The translations under genes and the position numbers were made by a program. A stretch of DNA of 64,000 bases from a cyanobacterium endosymbiont of Rhopalodia gibba. GTDB lineage: Bacteria > Cyanobacteriota > Cyanobacteriia > Cyanobacteriales > Microcystaceae. Below are positions 44,128 through 55,737 of the stretch, in pieces. Where the stretch lies: assembly GCA_045159875.1 (NCBI GenBank), contig CP067995.1, positions 896,001 through 960,000 of the forward strand, written 5' to 3'. The notes beneath the pieces are model-generated. The model searched no databases. It saw nothing but the letters and a program-made list of their open reading frames with translations, and was not told the DNA's origin. The first letter of the stretch is position 1. Every line of letters starts with the position of its first letter.

Positions 44128-45939
44128 CTTTTATATTTAAATTTTAAATCAATTTTTTTACAAAAAACTCTTGCAATCAATCAAAAGTAAATAGGTTATT
44201 TATTTCAACTCTTCTGGACTAAGTATGATTAGCTATAAAGCTAATAATTTTTAAATCTATTATTCTGATCTGTACTGCATGGCTCCGAGAACCGAATTAT
44301 AAAAAAAGTTTTTGTAAGCTTATAATCTTCACAGAGGAGAACTTTCAATGTTTATTTCTGGAAGATCATTTGTTTTGATACTTAAAACAATAAAAATAAT
44401 TAAAGTAACTAAAACTTTAATAAGTAAATGAGCTTAAATAAGTGTAATATAAAAAAGTAGTTAAGTAAAAAATACTTAATAGATATCAACTTAACTAAAA
44501 ATTAAGTTAATACAATTTTTTAAAAAAGTACCATCAAAGTTAATTGGTGACTAAACAATTTCTTTCGGAACAAGAATAAGAAAAGATATTTTATGTTTAA
44601 ATCTAATAGGATGAAAAGTTAAAAAGGTTTAAAATTGAGTGAAGCTATCAAAAAATACAATTAGAAAAATAATTTATAGAGGATTTTTTAAATAAATAGA
44701 AATACTATGAAGTTTTCTGAAATTTAGAAAAAAAAACTTGGCAATAAGAAAACACGAAATAACTTTAAAATTTATCAATTTATTGATAAATAAATTATTA
44801 ATATTTATGTTGGTTTATCTAGCTACAAAACTTTATTTTAAAAATAAAATCTAATTGAGGATATGAAATTCTAATAGGTTTCAATTTAGTAGCTTATGAA
44901 GACAGAATAAAAGTAGATGAACCAACTAATTATGTCTTCATGAGTTGCTAAATCAATCGCTTTCTTAATAGCCTAATTGAGATTTATAAAATTTTAGTCT
45001 TTTTCAATTTACAAATATTCTTTGATTTTTAATCAATAGTTTTCAATAAGATTGAGAGCAGGAGACTAAAGAAATAGGAATACGACTTTTTCTTCTATAG
45101 ATTCCATCAATTCTCTAACTTCTATTGTTCTACGAGTTAATTTGTTTTTCAAGGCTTGTACTTTTACAAAAAATATTGTACCAGGACTTCTATTTCCTTT
45201 GTCTATTGTTTAAAAATAAAAGCGGTTAAAAGACCTAATGTAATGAGCACTCTACTTAAGATGATATTTTTCTTCCTCGATTATCGAAATATTTTCCATA
45301 AGCTCGTTTTTCTTTAGTTGCTTTAGCAAAGTAACGAATTATGGTTAGCTAAACTCCAGTTCTGTTAACTACAACCAGACCTTGAAATTTAAACTTTATC
45401 GGCATCAACTACCAAAAACTAAATTGTTTTTCAGGTTGACCCAAGTTTTGGGACTAGAGGACTTATAGTATAAATACTAACTTTAACACCTATTTTCGTA
45501 TGAATGAGGTACCTTATTATTGTATGACAGTATCGTCATTTTTTTAAAAATTACTATGCCCTAATTATAGTAAAGTTATAAGTTTTGTATTTGAATTAAA
45601 TTATATCAAGATAAGAGAACTTGATTTGTATCTCTAGTGTTAAGTTTTAAACTTAGTTTAATAAATAAAATTCTGAATTAAGTAAAGTTTAAACATTGTT
45701 AATTGTCAAATTTTAAATAAACTAAAAATAGTTGAATTTTTTTAGAAAAATAGATTTAATATTAACTTATATTAAGTGCATAAATTTTTTAAAAAAATTA
45801 AAAAATAATGGATAAACTATAAAATATTGACTTCTGGCAGAGAGATATGTCTATCTCGACAGAACTTCTCATAACAGGGGATGCAATCAATTTATTTTTA
45901 GAGTGAAAGAATGGTTAAGCTAAAAAAATATAATAAAAA

Positions 45940-45980
45940 TATTTATCATTAAAATTTTTAAAAAATTTTAATGATAAATA
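45940..45980. repeat. Perfect inverted repeat, 20-bp arms, 1-nt spacer
   Basis: tatttatcattaaaattttt-a-aaaaattttaatgataaata. Confidence 0.95.
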
Positions 45981-46880
45981 GTAGAATTAAGAATATAGCT
46001 AAGAAAAATAAAATAAATTAACAAAAAATAAAAATAATTTTTAAAAATTTAAATAAAGGATTACAGAAAAAAAACCTCAGGTATTGAGATCGTTTGCAAC
46101 TGATAAAGTTACTTTTTTTAAAAAAACGAAGTTAAAAACTAAAAACACTGGTTAAAAAGAAAAAAATATTAAGTTTAAATTATAAGTAAATATGTTATTG
46201 TAAAGGGACAAATAAAACCTTAAGTAAAAACAAGAAGTAAAATCAAATTAAATGTCTAAAATATAACTATTTCTTTAAACAAATTATCATAGGGTTTTCA
46301 ACAAAATCATACTAAACATCAATAGCATTAAAGTCAGTTAGTTGGTGTTAAAAATCTATAGTATATTAGGCGTTGAAAAAAGCATACTTATTTTTACCCA
46401 AGAACAACTCAGGGAATAATAGAAAAAATCGATAATAAATTAAAGTTGATAAAAAAGATAACTCAGAGGAAAGCCTCTAGTCTTAGAAATTCTGTTAATT
46501 TTTAACTTCAAAGCTTCTCAAGCTGACATTTTGTTAGTCAATTTTACACCGTTAGTTTAATATAACCAAAAATTATATTATTAATTAATAGCAAAACTAG
46601 TAATAAAAATAATCTGAAATAAGTTATGCTGAAAAGTTTTGTGTTTTTTTTAAAAAAATTAGTAGATTTTAAAACATATATTTTTTAGCTATTTACTATG
46701 AAAATTTTTATAATTTTAGTGTCAATTTAAAGAATTAAATTGATTTTTCTGGGAAGTAGCTACAACTTAAATATCTCTTATTAAATAAATAATAAGATAA
46801 ATATATAGATTATTTTTTTAATAAAATGAGCTTTGATTTCGATTATTTGTTAAAAAAAGTAAATAATATATCTGGATTTA

Positions 46881-47621
46881 CTACAGTTTTAAATGATTTG
46901 ATAATTGAATTGCATCTCGCCATTCTTTCGAGGATAAAGGTTGAACAATAAAATCTATATTAAAACATTGTTTGGCAGTTTCAATCAAAATATTAATAAT
47001 GGTTTCTAGACAACAATAATCAGGTAATTGTTCAAGGAGTCCCAAACTCCAAGGGGCAGCTTGATTAAAAATAGTTTTAAATAGGGTTTTATCAGTTGAT
47101 AAAACCATAGATCCATGTTGCAGTATAGATTGTTTTCCTCTCCGTTGTGCGCTTCCAATAAGTTTACTTCCATCAGAAGTAATTAAATCAGAAACAGTCG
47201 CCGTATTAAAACAACTAGGGTTATGAATATAACCTCGTTTAGCTATTCCGTAATCTAACTTAATCCCTAAAGATGACCAGCCTTTAATCAGAAAATAACA
47301 AATTTGTTGATAAATTTCTAAAGTTTTTCGATTATTAATTGGAGTAATTATCCCATAAGTTAAGTCTCCTTGATGAAGAACTGCTCGTCCTCCTGTGGAA
47401 CGACGGACTAGTTCTATTGGACGTTTTTTCCACGTCAAATTACACCAGGATAAAGGCCATTGTTTTTGTAAACGACCCAGGGAAATTGTCGGCGATGCCC
47501 AAGTATAAAAGCGTAACGTAGGAGGATGTTTTCCTTTCTCATGTTGGATGAATAGCCAATTATCAATAGCCATTTGGAGCATTCCTGATGCTTCAATAGT
47601 AGGAATTAAACGCCATTTCAT
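46881..47621 (-). CDS. Lipoate-protein ligase A / octanoyltransferase family protein
   Basis: QMAID, LRFYTW..PTISLG, RR.TGGRAVLH and KLIGSAQ..LQHGS motifs. Confidence 0.9.
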   Translation of the reverse strand: MKWRLIPTIEASGMLQMAIDNWLFIQHEKGKHPPTLRFYTWASPTISLGRLQKQWPLSWCNLTWKKRPIELVRRSTGGRAVLHQGDLTYGIITPINNRKTLEIYQQICYFLIKGWSSLGIKLDYGIAKRGYIHNPSCFNTATVSDLITSDGSKLIGSAQRRGKQSILQHGSMVLSTDKTLFKTIFNQAAPWSLGLLEQLPDYCCLETIINILIETAKQCFNIDFIVQPLSSKEWRDAIQLSNHLKL

Positions 47622-48780
47622 AATTAATTTGGTTACTCCATAGAAATGGTAAAAAACTATTTATAGTTTAGCGAAACTAAGAATATTTTAATTGCGTTAT
47701 TCATAAAGCAACTTTTTCAGAAAATTCAACATAAATATACCTACTTATCAAATTAAATAAGTCTAATTTAAAAGATAAGTTTACCAATCACTTAGAATTT
47801 ATGCTAGATTTTATAATTGAAGAGTAGTTAATTTCAAAGGTTACTGAAAACTGCTATCTCTAGCAACGTTGAAAAATAATTCTTTTACGAAGATGTGGAA
47901 ATATGGCATAAATTACCTCCTGATCATCAATTAATTGAGGTTTATTCCGATTACCTTTATGACCCTGAAGTACTTCAGGGAAAGTTTACAAACTCCCGAA
48001 CCCAGAATACATCAATATAAAATTTAACAAAATATTTTGACTAATTGAAAGATCACATACTTTCCAGGATAGTTATTTATAAAGTTTATATTTATCATGA
48101 GTCTCTGCTTGTTGATTAAAAAATAACTAATTTTCATTAAATCTTAAATAATTACAAAACCTAACCATAGCATTATAATCACTAATCTCAATTGTACGAA
48201 TTATAATTTTTTAATTTTTTAAAAATGTTAACTCCTGTTGTATATACCAAGCATATTTGAGACTGTCGAAATTTCCTAGATATGAATGAACTAAAATAGG
48301 GAGTTCCTTAGCTAGTTTAAAGTTGCTCAGAACAGTGACAATTTTTCTATCATCAATCCGTAGATATTGGATTTTATTGAAAATGTAATAAGTATTCCTT
48401 CTATATCAAAGATTGATCTTGAATTCATTAGAACTCTTCTGGAAAAAGAAAACTAATTTAGTAGATAATAATCTCTAAGAGTATTAGATTGACTGTATTG
48501 TAAAAATGTAAACCCTTAGTCTCATAAAGAGAAGTTTTTGTGATTTTAAAAACTTTATAAGGAACAAGACTTTTCGCTTGTCTCTTTAAAAAGCTAATTA
48601 TAGCTAGTTTAGAATAGCTTTTATTATCAACTTAAATTGATTGTCGATATACTAAGATTATCGGCATATGTAAGACTAGGCTAAGAATTGCATCATCAAA
48701 TTTAACCATTTGTGTCTGAAATATTCACCTTAGGTTAAGATAAACAGAAGTCTCTGGTATTGATAAATCATGGTTATTCA

Positions 48781-50541
48781 ATGCTCTCTCTATTGAAGAT
48801 TAAAAATTTTACCTTGATAGACCAGCTCACCTTAGAATTTGGTCAAGGGTTAAATGTCCTTACAGGGGAAACTGGAGCAGGTAAGTCCATTATTCTTAAT
48901 GCGATTGATATTGTTTTAGGTGGAAAAATCAATCATCGTTTAATTCGTCAGGGAATGCAACAAGCATCTATTGAAGCAACCTTTGAAATGGATAAAATTT
49001 TACAAGGGTGGCTAGAGGAACAAGAAATTGAACCATTAGAAGACAAAACTCTATTGTGTTATAGAGAGCTAACTCTCACAGGGAAAACTATGCGATCACG
49101 CTCACGGCTCAATGGGGTGGTAGTAAATTTGCAACTGATGGAAAAATTACGTGATCGCCTCGTGGAAATTACTTCCCAAGGACAAACTGTTCAACTGATG
49201 GACTCTATACGACAAAGAGAATTACTAGACTTGTATGGGGGAATGAGTCTCCTTAAACAACGAGAATTAGTAGAATCAGCTTACAAAAAATGGAAACTTG
49301 CAGATAAAATTTTTAAAAAACGTCGTAAGTCAGAGGAAGAAAGATTACAACGCCTTGATACAATGGAGTACGAACTGAGAGAATTAGAAGAAGCTGAATT
49401 AATTAATCCCAAAGAACTTGAACAACTTAACCAAGAACGAAACCGCCTCTCCCATGTAAGAGAGTTACAACAGTTAAGTTACCACACCTATCAACTCCTC
49501 TATCAAAATGATACTGGAGAACCCGCGATCGCTGATCAGTTAGGAGAGGCTGAAAGTATCTTGACAAAGATAGCAGAATATGACAGAGAAATAGAGTTGA
49601 TTTTAGAAATAATTAGATCTGCCTTGACTCAAGTAGTAGAAGCAGGACAGCAAATTAATGGCTATGGGGATAGATTAGAAGCTGATCCAGAAAGATTAAT
49701 AGAGATAGAAGAGAGGATTAGCCTGTTAAAGCGTATTTGTCGCAAATATGGTCGTTCTTTAGAAGAAGTAATTAATTATCATCAGAAATTACAGCAAGAA
49801 TTAAGAGAATTAACTGACGATCAACAGTCTATTGAACAGTTGGAAGAACATACTAGAGTTGCTAGAGAAACCTTTGATAAAACCTGTAAAATATTAACAG
49901 AGTTACGGCAGAAAGCGGCTATAAAATTAGAAAAACAATTAGTTGAAGAATTAAAACCGCTGGCAATGGATAAAGTAATCTTTGTTTGCCAGATAACCAC
50001 TTGTTTCCCAACAAAAATGGGAAGTGATGAAGTTATTTTTTATTTTAGTCCGAACCCTGGGGAAAAAATAAAACCTCTTTCAAGTACAGCATCAGGGGGA
50101 GAAATGAGTCGTTTTTTATTGGCCTTAAAGACTTGTTTTGCAAAATCAGAGAATAGCTCTCGAACCTTAATTTTTGATGAAATTGATGCAGGAGTTTCAG
50201 GCAAAGTTGCTCAGGCTATTGGCAAAAAGTTACATCAACTTAGCAAAAAATATAAAATTTTATGTGTAACTCATCAACCTTTAGTAGCTGCAATGGCAGA
50301 TAATCATTTTCGAGTTACTAAGCAAATGATTAAGGAATCTCCCAAGACTGGAAACTTAGAAAATGAGCAGCTGAGTTTACAAAAAAATAGGACGGTTGTT
50401 CAAGTTACTAATTTAGATAATCTACAGACTAGACGAGAAGAATTAGCCCAACTAACAGTGGGACATTCAGAACGAGAAGCAATTGAATTTGCTCAATCAT
50501 TGTTAGTTAACGCGGAAGCGTATCGTTTGAAGAAGAGTTAA
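48781..50541 (+). CDS. recN: DNA repair protein RecN
   Basis: LTGETGAGKS Walker A, coiled coil, ASGGEMSR, FDEIDAGVSG and VTHQP motifs. Confidence 0.97.
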   Translation: MLSLLKIKNFTLIDQLTLEFGQGLNVLTGETGAGKSIILNAIDIVLGGKINHRLIRQGMQQASIEATFEMDKILQGWLEEQEIEPLEDKTLLCYRELTLTGKTMRSRSRLNGVVVNLQLMEKLRDRLVEITSQGQTVQLMDSIRQRELLDLYGGMSLLKQRELVESAYKKWKLADKIFKKRRKSEEERLQRLDTMEYELRELEEAELINPKELEQLNQERNRLSHVRELQQLSYHTYQLLYQNDTGEPAIADQLGEAESILTKIAEYDREIELILEIIRSALTQVVEAGQQINGYGDRLEADPERLIEIEERISLLKRICRKYGRSLEEVINYHQKLQQELRELTDDQQSIEQLEEHTRVARETFDKTCKILTELRQKAAIKLEKQLVEELKPLAMDKVIFVCQITTCFPTKMGSDEVIFYFSPNPGEKIKPLSSTASGGEMSRFLLALKTCFAKSENSSRTLIFDEIDAGVSGKVAQAIGKKLHQLSKKYKILCVTHQPLVAAMADNHFRVTKQMIKESPKTGNLENEQLSLQKNRTVVQVTNLDNLQTRREELAQLTVGHSEREAIEFAQSLLVNAEAYRLKKS

Positions 50542-51190
50542 ACTAGCCTGGATATCACTTAACTTGGATATAACCTAAGAAAAAAGACAGTTCTACTAAA
50601 CTTAGAACGATTAACTTATGGCTAGAAATACAGAACAAGGAATGGAAAACAGTAAAGATAAAAAATTAGAGAGATATTCAGATATCAATAATATTAGTAT
50701 TCTTCAAGACTTAATACTTCAGCAAAAAAGTGTAGATATTACCGAGAGATACAATTTTAAAACTGAAAATTCTTCCAAAGACAAACTGTAAACAACAAAA
50801 GTTAGGGAACTAATGGAATCTATAGAAGCAAAAGTCATCTTCCTATTTCCCCAGTCTTCTGGTTTTAACATCTTCGAAAGCTGTTAATCGAAAATTAGAG
50901 AACATTGGCAAATTCAAGAATCCCATAATTCTAGAAAACTCAATCAAACTCTCAATAAAGTGATTGGTTTAGCAATTAAATGAAGACACAATTGTCCAGT
51001 TTATCCACTGCTGTCATTATCGAGCTACCCGCTTAGAAATCTCTATAAAAAAAACAAAACTTGCATCCCTCTACTGCCCGACGAGTAATAATGGACAGAC
51101 TAACTCCCACTCCAAAGCTTTTTCTGTTTCTTCAGTTCTGACTCCCGATACTTTTAAATAAAGCTCCCGTAATAGTTATACAACTTAACT

Positions 51191-52813
51191 TCATATGGTT
51201 ACTGTATCCTCCATCGGATTTGCCAAAAGTAAACCATATTCAATTCCTTCGACAACTGCTTCATAAGATGCTTCCAAAATATTGGGAGAAACCCCGACAG
51301 TACTCCAACGTTCTTTGCCATTACTAGACTCAACTAAAACTCTTGTTTTAGAAGATGTTCCTGATTCTCCATCCAGAATCCTAACCTTATAATCCGTTAA
51401 ATGAAACTCTGCAACTTCCGGATAGAAATTTGCTAAAGCTTTCCGTAAGGCACTATCTAGGGCTGCAACGGGACCATTCCCTTCAGCTACCTCCAATCTA
51501 TCTTCTCCATTAACTGTAACTTTAATAGTTGCTAAAGCGTTACTGTAAGATATTTCTTGTCCTCGTAACATATCACAATGTACTTGAAATCCTTTAAGTT
51601 GAAACATAGTTTTTCGTTGCCCCAATGCTTGACGCATTAAAAGTTCAAAACTAGATTCAGCTGCTTCAAATTGATATCCTTCATGTTCTAATTTTTTAAT
51701 CTGTTCTAAAATATCACGACAAGCAATATCTTCTTTTTTTAACTCAATTCCAAAGGTTTTTGCTTTCGATAAAACATTACTTAATCCTGACTGCTCGGAA
51801 ATGATAATACGCCGTTTATTTCCAATTTTTTCAGGTTTAATATGTTCATAGGTTAGAGGATTTTTTTGAACAGCCGAAACATGAACTCCTCCCTTATGGG
51901 CAAAAGCAGAACGTCCTACAAAAGGAGCATGATCATCCGGTGCTAAATTAACAATTTCACTAATTAAACGGCTAGTTTTACTTAATTGCGTTAACTGAGT
52001 ATCTGTTAAACAAGAATATCCCATTTTAAACTGTAAATTTGGAATTAAGGTACATAAATTAGCATTACCGCACCTTTCCCCATACCCATTAATTGTTCCA
52101 TGAATCATTCTCACCCCTTCTACCACCCCAGCTAACCCATTCGCCACCGCAGTTCCTGAATCATTATGAGTATGAATGCCTAATTTAGGAAAAGTTTCTT
52201 TATCAGGACCTACATCTAATTTTTCTACCACTTCTTTAACAATTTGGCTAACTTCCTGAGGCAAAGTTCCACCATTAGTATCGCATAAGACTAACCAAAT
52301 AGCCCCTGCATTTTTAGCCGCTTTTAGGGTTTGTAAAGCATAATCAGGATTATGCTTATAGCCATCAAACCAATGTTCTGCATCGTAAATTAATTGTCTT
52401 CCCTGACTGCGGAGATATTCAATCGTATCTCTTATCATAGCTAAATTTTCTTCCAAGGTGGTTTTCAACCCCTCAGTGACGTGGAGATCCCAAGACTTAC
52501 CAAAGATAGTTACCCAACGAGTTCCGGCGGCTAAAATCATCTGTAACATTTGATCACGATCTGAAGGAATATACGGGCGACGGGTGGAACAAAAAGCAAC
52601 TACTTCGGCTTGAGTTAAAGGTTCTTCCTGTAACTTCCAGAAAAACTGGACATCTTTCGGATTAGCCCCTGGCCACCCTCCCTCAATAAAAGGAATTCCT
52701 AGCTTATCGAGTTGGCGGGCAATTTTTAGCTTGTCCTCCAGAGACAGAGAAATTCCTTCTCGTTGCGCCCCATCTCTTAGGGTGGTGTCGTAAAGTAAAA
52801 CTTGATTGGCCAT
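51191..52813 (-). CDS. cimA: Citramalate synthase
   Basis: YDTTLRDGAQREG, EGGWPGANPKD, GKSWDLHV, YDAEHWFDG, HTHND and AFAHKGG motifs; LeuA-type regulatory C-terminus. Confidence 0.92.
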   Translation of the reverse strand: MANQVLLYDTTLRDGAQREGISLSLEDKLKIARQLDKLGIPFIEGGWPGANPKDVQFFWKLQEEPLTQAEVVAFCSTRRPYIPSDRDQMLQMILAAGTRWVTIFGKSWDLHVTEGLKTTLEENLAMIRDTIEYLRSQGRQLIYDAEHWFDGYKHNPDYALQTLKAAKNAGAIWLVLCDTNGGTLPQEVSQIVKEVVEKLDVGPDKETFPKLGIHTHNDSGTAVANGLAGVVEGVRMIHGTINGYGERCGNANLCTLIPNLQFKMGYSCLTDTQLTQLSKTSRLISEIVNLAPDDHAPFVGRSAFAHKGGVHVSAVQKNPLTYEHIKPEKIGNKRRIIISEQSGLSNVLSKAKTFGIELKKEDIACRDILEQIKKLEHEGYQFEAAESSFELLMRQALGQRKTMFQLKGFQVHCDMLRGQEISYSNALATIKVTVNGEDRLEVAEGNGPVAALDSALRKALANFYPEVAEFHLTDYKVRILDGESGTSSKTRVLVESSNGKERWSTVGVSPNILEASYEAVVEGIEYGLLLANPMEDTVTI

Positions 52814-53129
52814 ACCCATATAATTATTAATACCTAATAAATGTCCGTCAACTTCAAACAAATAAAAATAAACAAGATTAGTTCCGACTATTACAGTGCA
52901 AGGCCAAGAGCTCGTTTATGATCACAACACTAAACTACTAACCCAAGCCGTGTTTTTTATACTGCACTACAGCTCGCTCTACAATGATAAGCCAAAATCT
53001 AGGGACTAGTCATCACAATGAAAAGACCAAAATTAAATTGATATTTTTCTTGATGAGTCACGCAAATATACGGTGTAGGCTTTCCTACTTTAGAATAAAG
53101 TGTTACTACTTAATCGATATTTTCTAGAT

Positions 53130-53770
53130 GAAAAATATTACCATTCATTTAACTCTCTCCAAATAGTTCCATAATCAGTAACAATCAGTACTACCGAATG
53201 TCTTAAACGTTTCGAACTTTTTAGCATTGTTTTGCAAAATGTGGGGATACGCATTTTAACTGACCATAAGTGATGGAGTCGGCTTACAGCACTGCTTTTT
53301 TCGCTGTAAGTCGACTCCACGCAGTTTAAGGATTTAACCCAAATGGGTGAGCTATCTGGGGGAAGTACAAAAACAGACAAACTTCTAAACTAGACATCAT
53401 AAGAGGTGCCTAACGACACTAACAAGTCGCGGCATCCAATAAAAGTCTTTCGTTCTTAATCTTTATTATTGTCTAGTTTAAGCAGGAGAACCCCCATGGA
53501 GCTCATATCTCTTTCCCTCATTTTGGTCGGAACTTTTCTTGCAGATTATCTCCTTTACAATTAGGTCGGGGGTAGACTCACTTTCTGAGATACTAACTGC
53601 GGCAGCTAAATAAAAATAAAGCACAGCCGTATCGCAAGGGTAAGTTGCGGACTGTTTCCGCAGGTGATGTTGTTGTCGACTCTTAGCTATAATTTCAATA
53701 ATCTTTTTGACAGCCTTAAGTTCCAAGAAAAGTTGAGGTTGGTTCTTTGGTACTTTGACTTTCTTAGAGA
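53130..53770 (-). pseudogene. Unidentified gene relic directly downstream of nblS
   Basis: Coding-like GC with two short broken ORFs (53478-53726, 53138-53380); family not recognised. Confidence 0.4.
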
Positions 53771-53775
53771 GACAT

Positions 53776-55737
53776 TCAACTTTCTTGATATGGAACTAAG
53801 TCAAACCAGAAAGTTGTTCCAACGCCGACCTCACTGATCAAATGAATTCGACTATGGTGTTTATCGATAATGTTTTTAACTATGGAGAGTCCTAGTCCTG
53901 TTCCTTCTAGTGTATGAACACGATTTTCCACACGAAAGAAACGATCAAAAATCGCCTCTTGATCTTCAGGATCAACCCCAATCCCTGTGTCAGCAATTTC
54001 TATTCTTACCGGAGGTTGATAGGTAGAATCATGAAAGCTTTTCGTCAGTTGATAAGCTCGAATCACGATTTTTCCCCCAGCCTCAGTGAATTTTAAGCTA
54101 TTACCGACTAGATTGGTCATCACTTGAAGTAAAAGATCGTAATGTCCTAGAATGGGAGTCAAATTGTGTTCTATTTCTTGAGTTAAGATTAATTGTTTAT
54201 CCTTAGCATTTAATTGGTAAGTGCGTAGAATTTGTTCGACTACCTGATTGATATCAACCCGATCAAGATGATAAATTTTTGAGGATTCTAAACGAGATAG
54301 GTCAAGAACATCATTCACCAAACGAGTGAGGCGATCAGTCTCATTGTTGGCAGTCTCCAAGAATTCCCTACGTTCGTTTTCCGTTAAGTCTTTGCCAAAT
54401 TCACTTAAGGTTTCAATAAAAGATTTTATATTGAATAAAGGGGTTCTTAACTCATGGGAAACATTACTGATAAATTGGCTTTTGGCTGCATTTAGCTCCA
54501 CTTCACGGGTAATATCTTGCACCGTCATCGCAATACCTTTGAGGGTTTCGCGGTATTGGTCAAAAACTTGGGTTAAAAGAACCCGGATAATACGCTGGGT
54601 TGGTTGGGTTAGCGTAATACGGAACTCCCAAGGGGATCCCCCTTGATGACTCTCAGAAGTTTCAGAAAGTGATTCGGAGGAGTTTTTGTCTTCGTTTGTG
54701 TGAGTGTCTTCCTGAGTCATCTCTTGAAGAGGAGCTGTCAATTGCCAGGTTAATTCTGGGGACAAAAGTTCAAAGATATTGGTTCCAATGACATCTTTTC
54801 CTTCCCAAGCAAACATCCGCCGCGCTCGTGGATTAACTAACAGTAATTGCAAATTAGAATCAAGCAGAATGGCCCCATCAACTATCGTTGAAACGAGGGT
54901 TTCCAGCTTAGCCTTCTCGGCGGTCAATTCTTCAATATTTTGTTCTTCATAGCGTTCGAGACGTTCAGCCATTTCATTAAAACTGCAGATTAATTCTCCT
55001 AATTCTCCTTCAAAAGGTAGATTGATCCGTTGTTTAAAGTTTCCGGCGGCGATATTTTTGACTCCGAGTAACAATTCTTTAATTGGTCGGGTAATGGTTA
55101 AAGCGTTAAAAACAGCCCCCAAAATAACCATAGCCCAAATAGCGACAAAAACCGCAATTGTAACATCCCGAGTAAGGTTGGAGGAGTTTACCACTGTAGG
55201 ATTAGGATTAATGCCAATGGCAAGAATTCCTAAATAGTTACCGTCATGTTTCAATGGAACAAAAACATCAGTCACCTTTCCATCAGGGCTGAGATGTTGA
55301 CGGACGAGAGGAAAATTAGCATTTGTTAAATCAGTTTTAGGTAACTGGATATGCCGTTCAATGGTTAGAGAATTTTGAACTTCTGCAGCGGAATAAGGGA
55401 TACCGAAGAAAATTTGACCATCACGATCAGCATATATGATATAACGGACGCTAGAGGTACTTTTATAGAAACGACTGGAAATGCGGGCAACATCAGCTAA
55501 GTGATCTTCAGCGATCAGGTGAGCAACGTTAGATGCTAACAAAAGCCCCAAATCTCGGCCAAAGCGAGTATCATTCAATTGGGCTTCTTGCTGAATGCTA
55601 TTGACAGCCCAAAAGGTTAATCCACTCATGAACAAAGAAACAGCTAGAGTAGCTCCTGCCATTAATCTGGTTTGCAGGGTAAACTCTGACCACCAGCGTC
55701 TAATAATTTCTTGAATTGTTGTCAAAAGTATCAGCAA
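53776..55737 (-). CDS. nblS: Sensor histidine kinase NblS/Hik33 (TM-HAMP-PAS-HisKA-HATPase)
   Basis: WWSEFTLQTRLMA, DTRFGRDLGLLLA, SNVSHELRTPL, RFFRVENRVHTLEGTGLGL and GVGTTFWFDL motifs. Confidence 0.93.
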   Translation of the reverse strand: MLILLTTIQEIIRRWWSEFTLQTRLMAGATLAVSLFMSGLTFWAVNSIQQEAQLNDTRFGRDLGLLLASNVAHLIAEDHLADVARISSRFYKSTSSVRYIIYADRDGQIFFGIPYSAAEVQNSLTIERHIQLPKTDLTNANFPLVRQHLSPDGKVTDVFVPLKHDGNYLGILAIGINPNPTVVNSSNLTRDVTIAVFVAIWAMVILGAVFNALTITRPIKELLLGVKNIAAGNFKQRINLPFEGELGELICSFNEMAERLERYEEQNIEELTAEKAKLETLVSTIVDGAILLDSNLQLLLVNPRARRMFAWEGKDVIGTNIFELLSPELTWQLTAPLQEMTQEDTHTNEDKNSSESLSETSESHQGGSPWEFRITLTQPTQRIIRVLLTQVFDQYRETLKGIAMTVQDITREVELNAAKSQFISNVSHELRTPLFNIKSFIETLSEFGKDLTENERREFLETANNETDRLTRLVNDVLDLSRLESSKIYHLDRVDINQVVEQILRTYQLNAKDKQLILTQEIEHNLTPILGHYDLLLQVMTNLVGNSLKFTEAGGKIVIRAYQLTKSFHDSTYQPPVRIEIADTGIGVDPEDQEAIFDRFFRVENRVHTLEGTGLGLSIVKNIIDKHHSRIHLISEVGVGTTFWFDLVPYQES

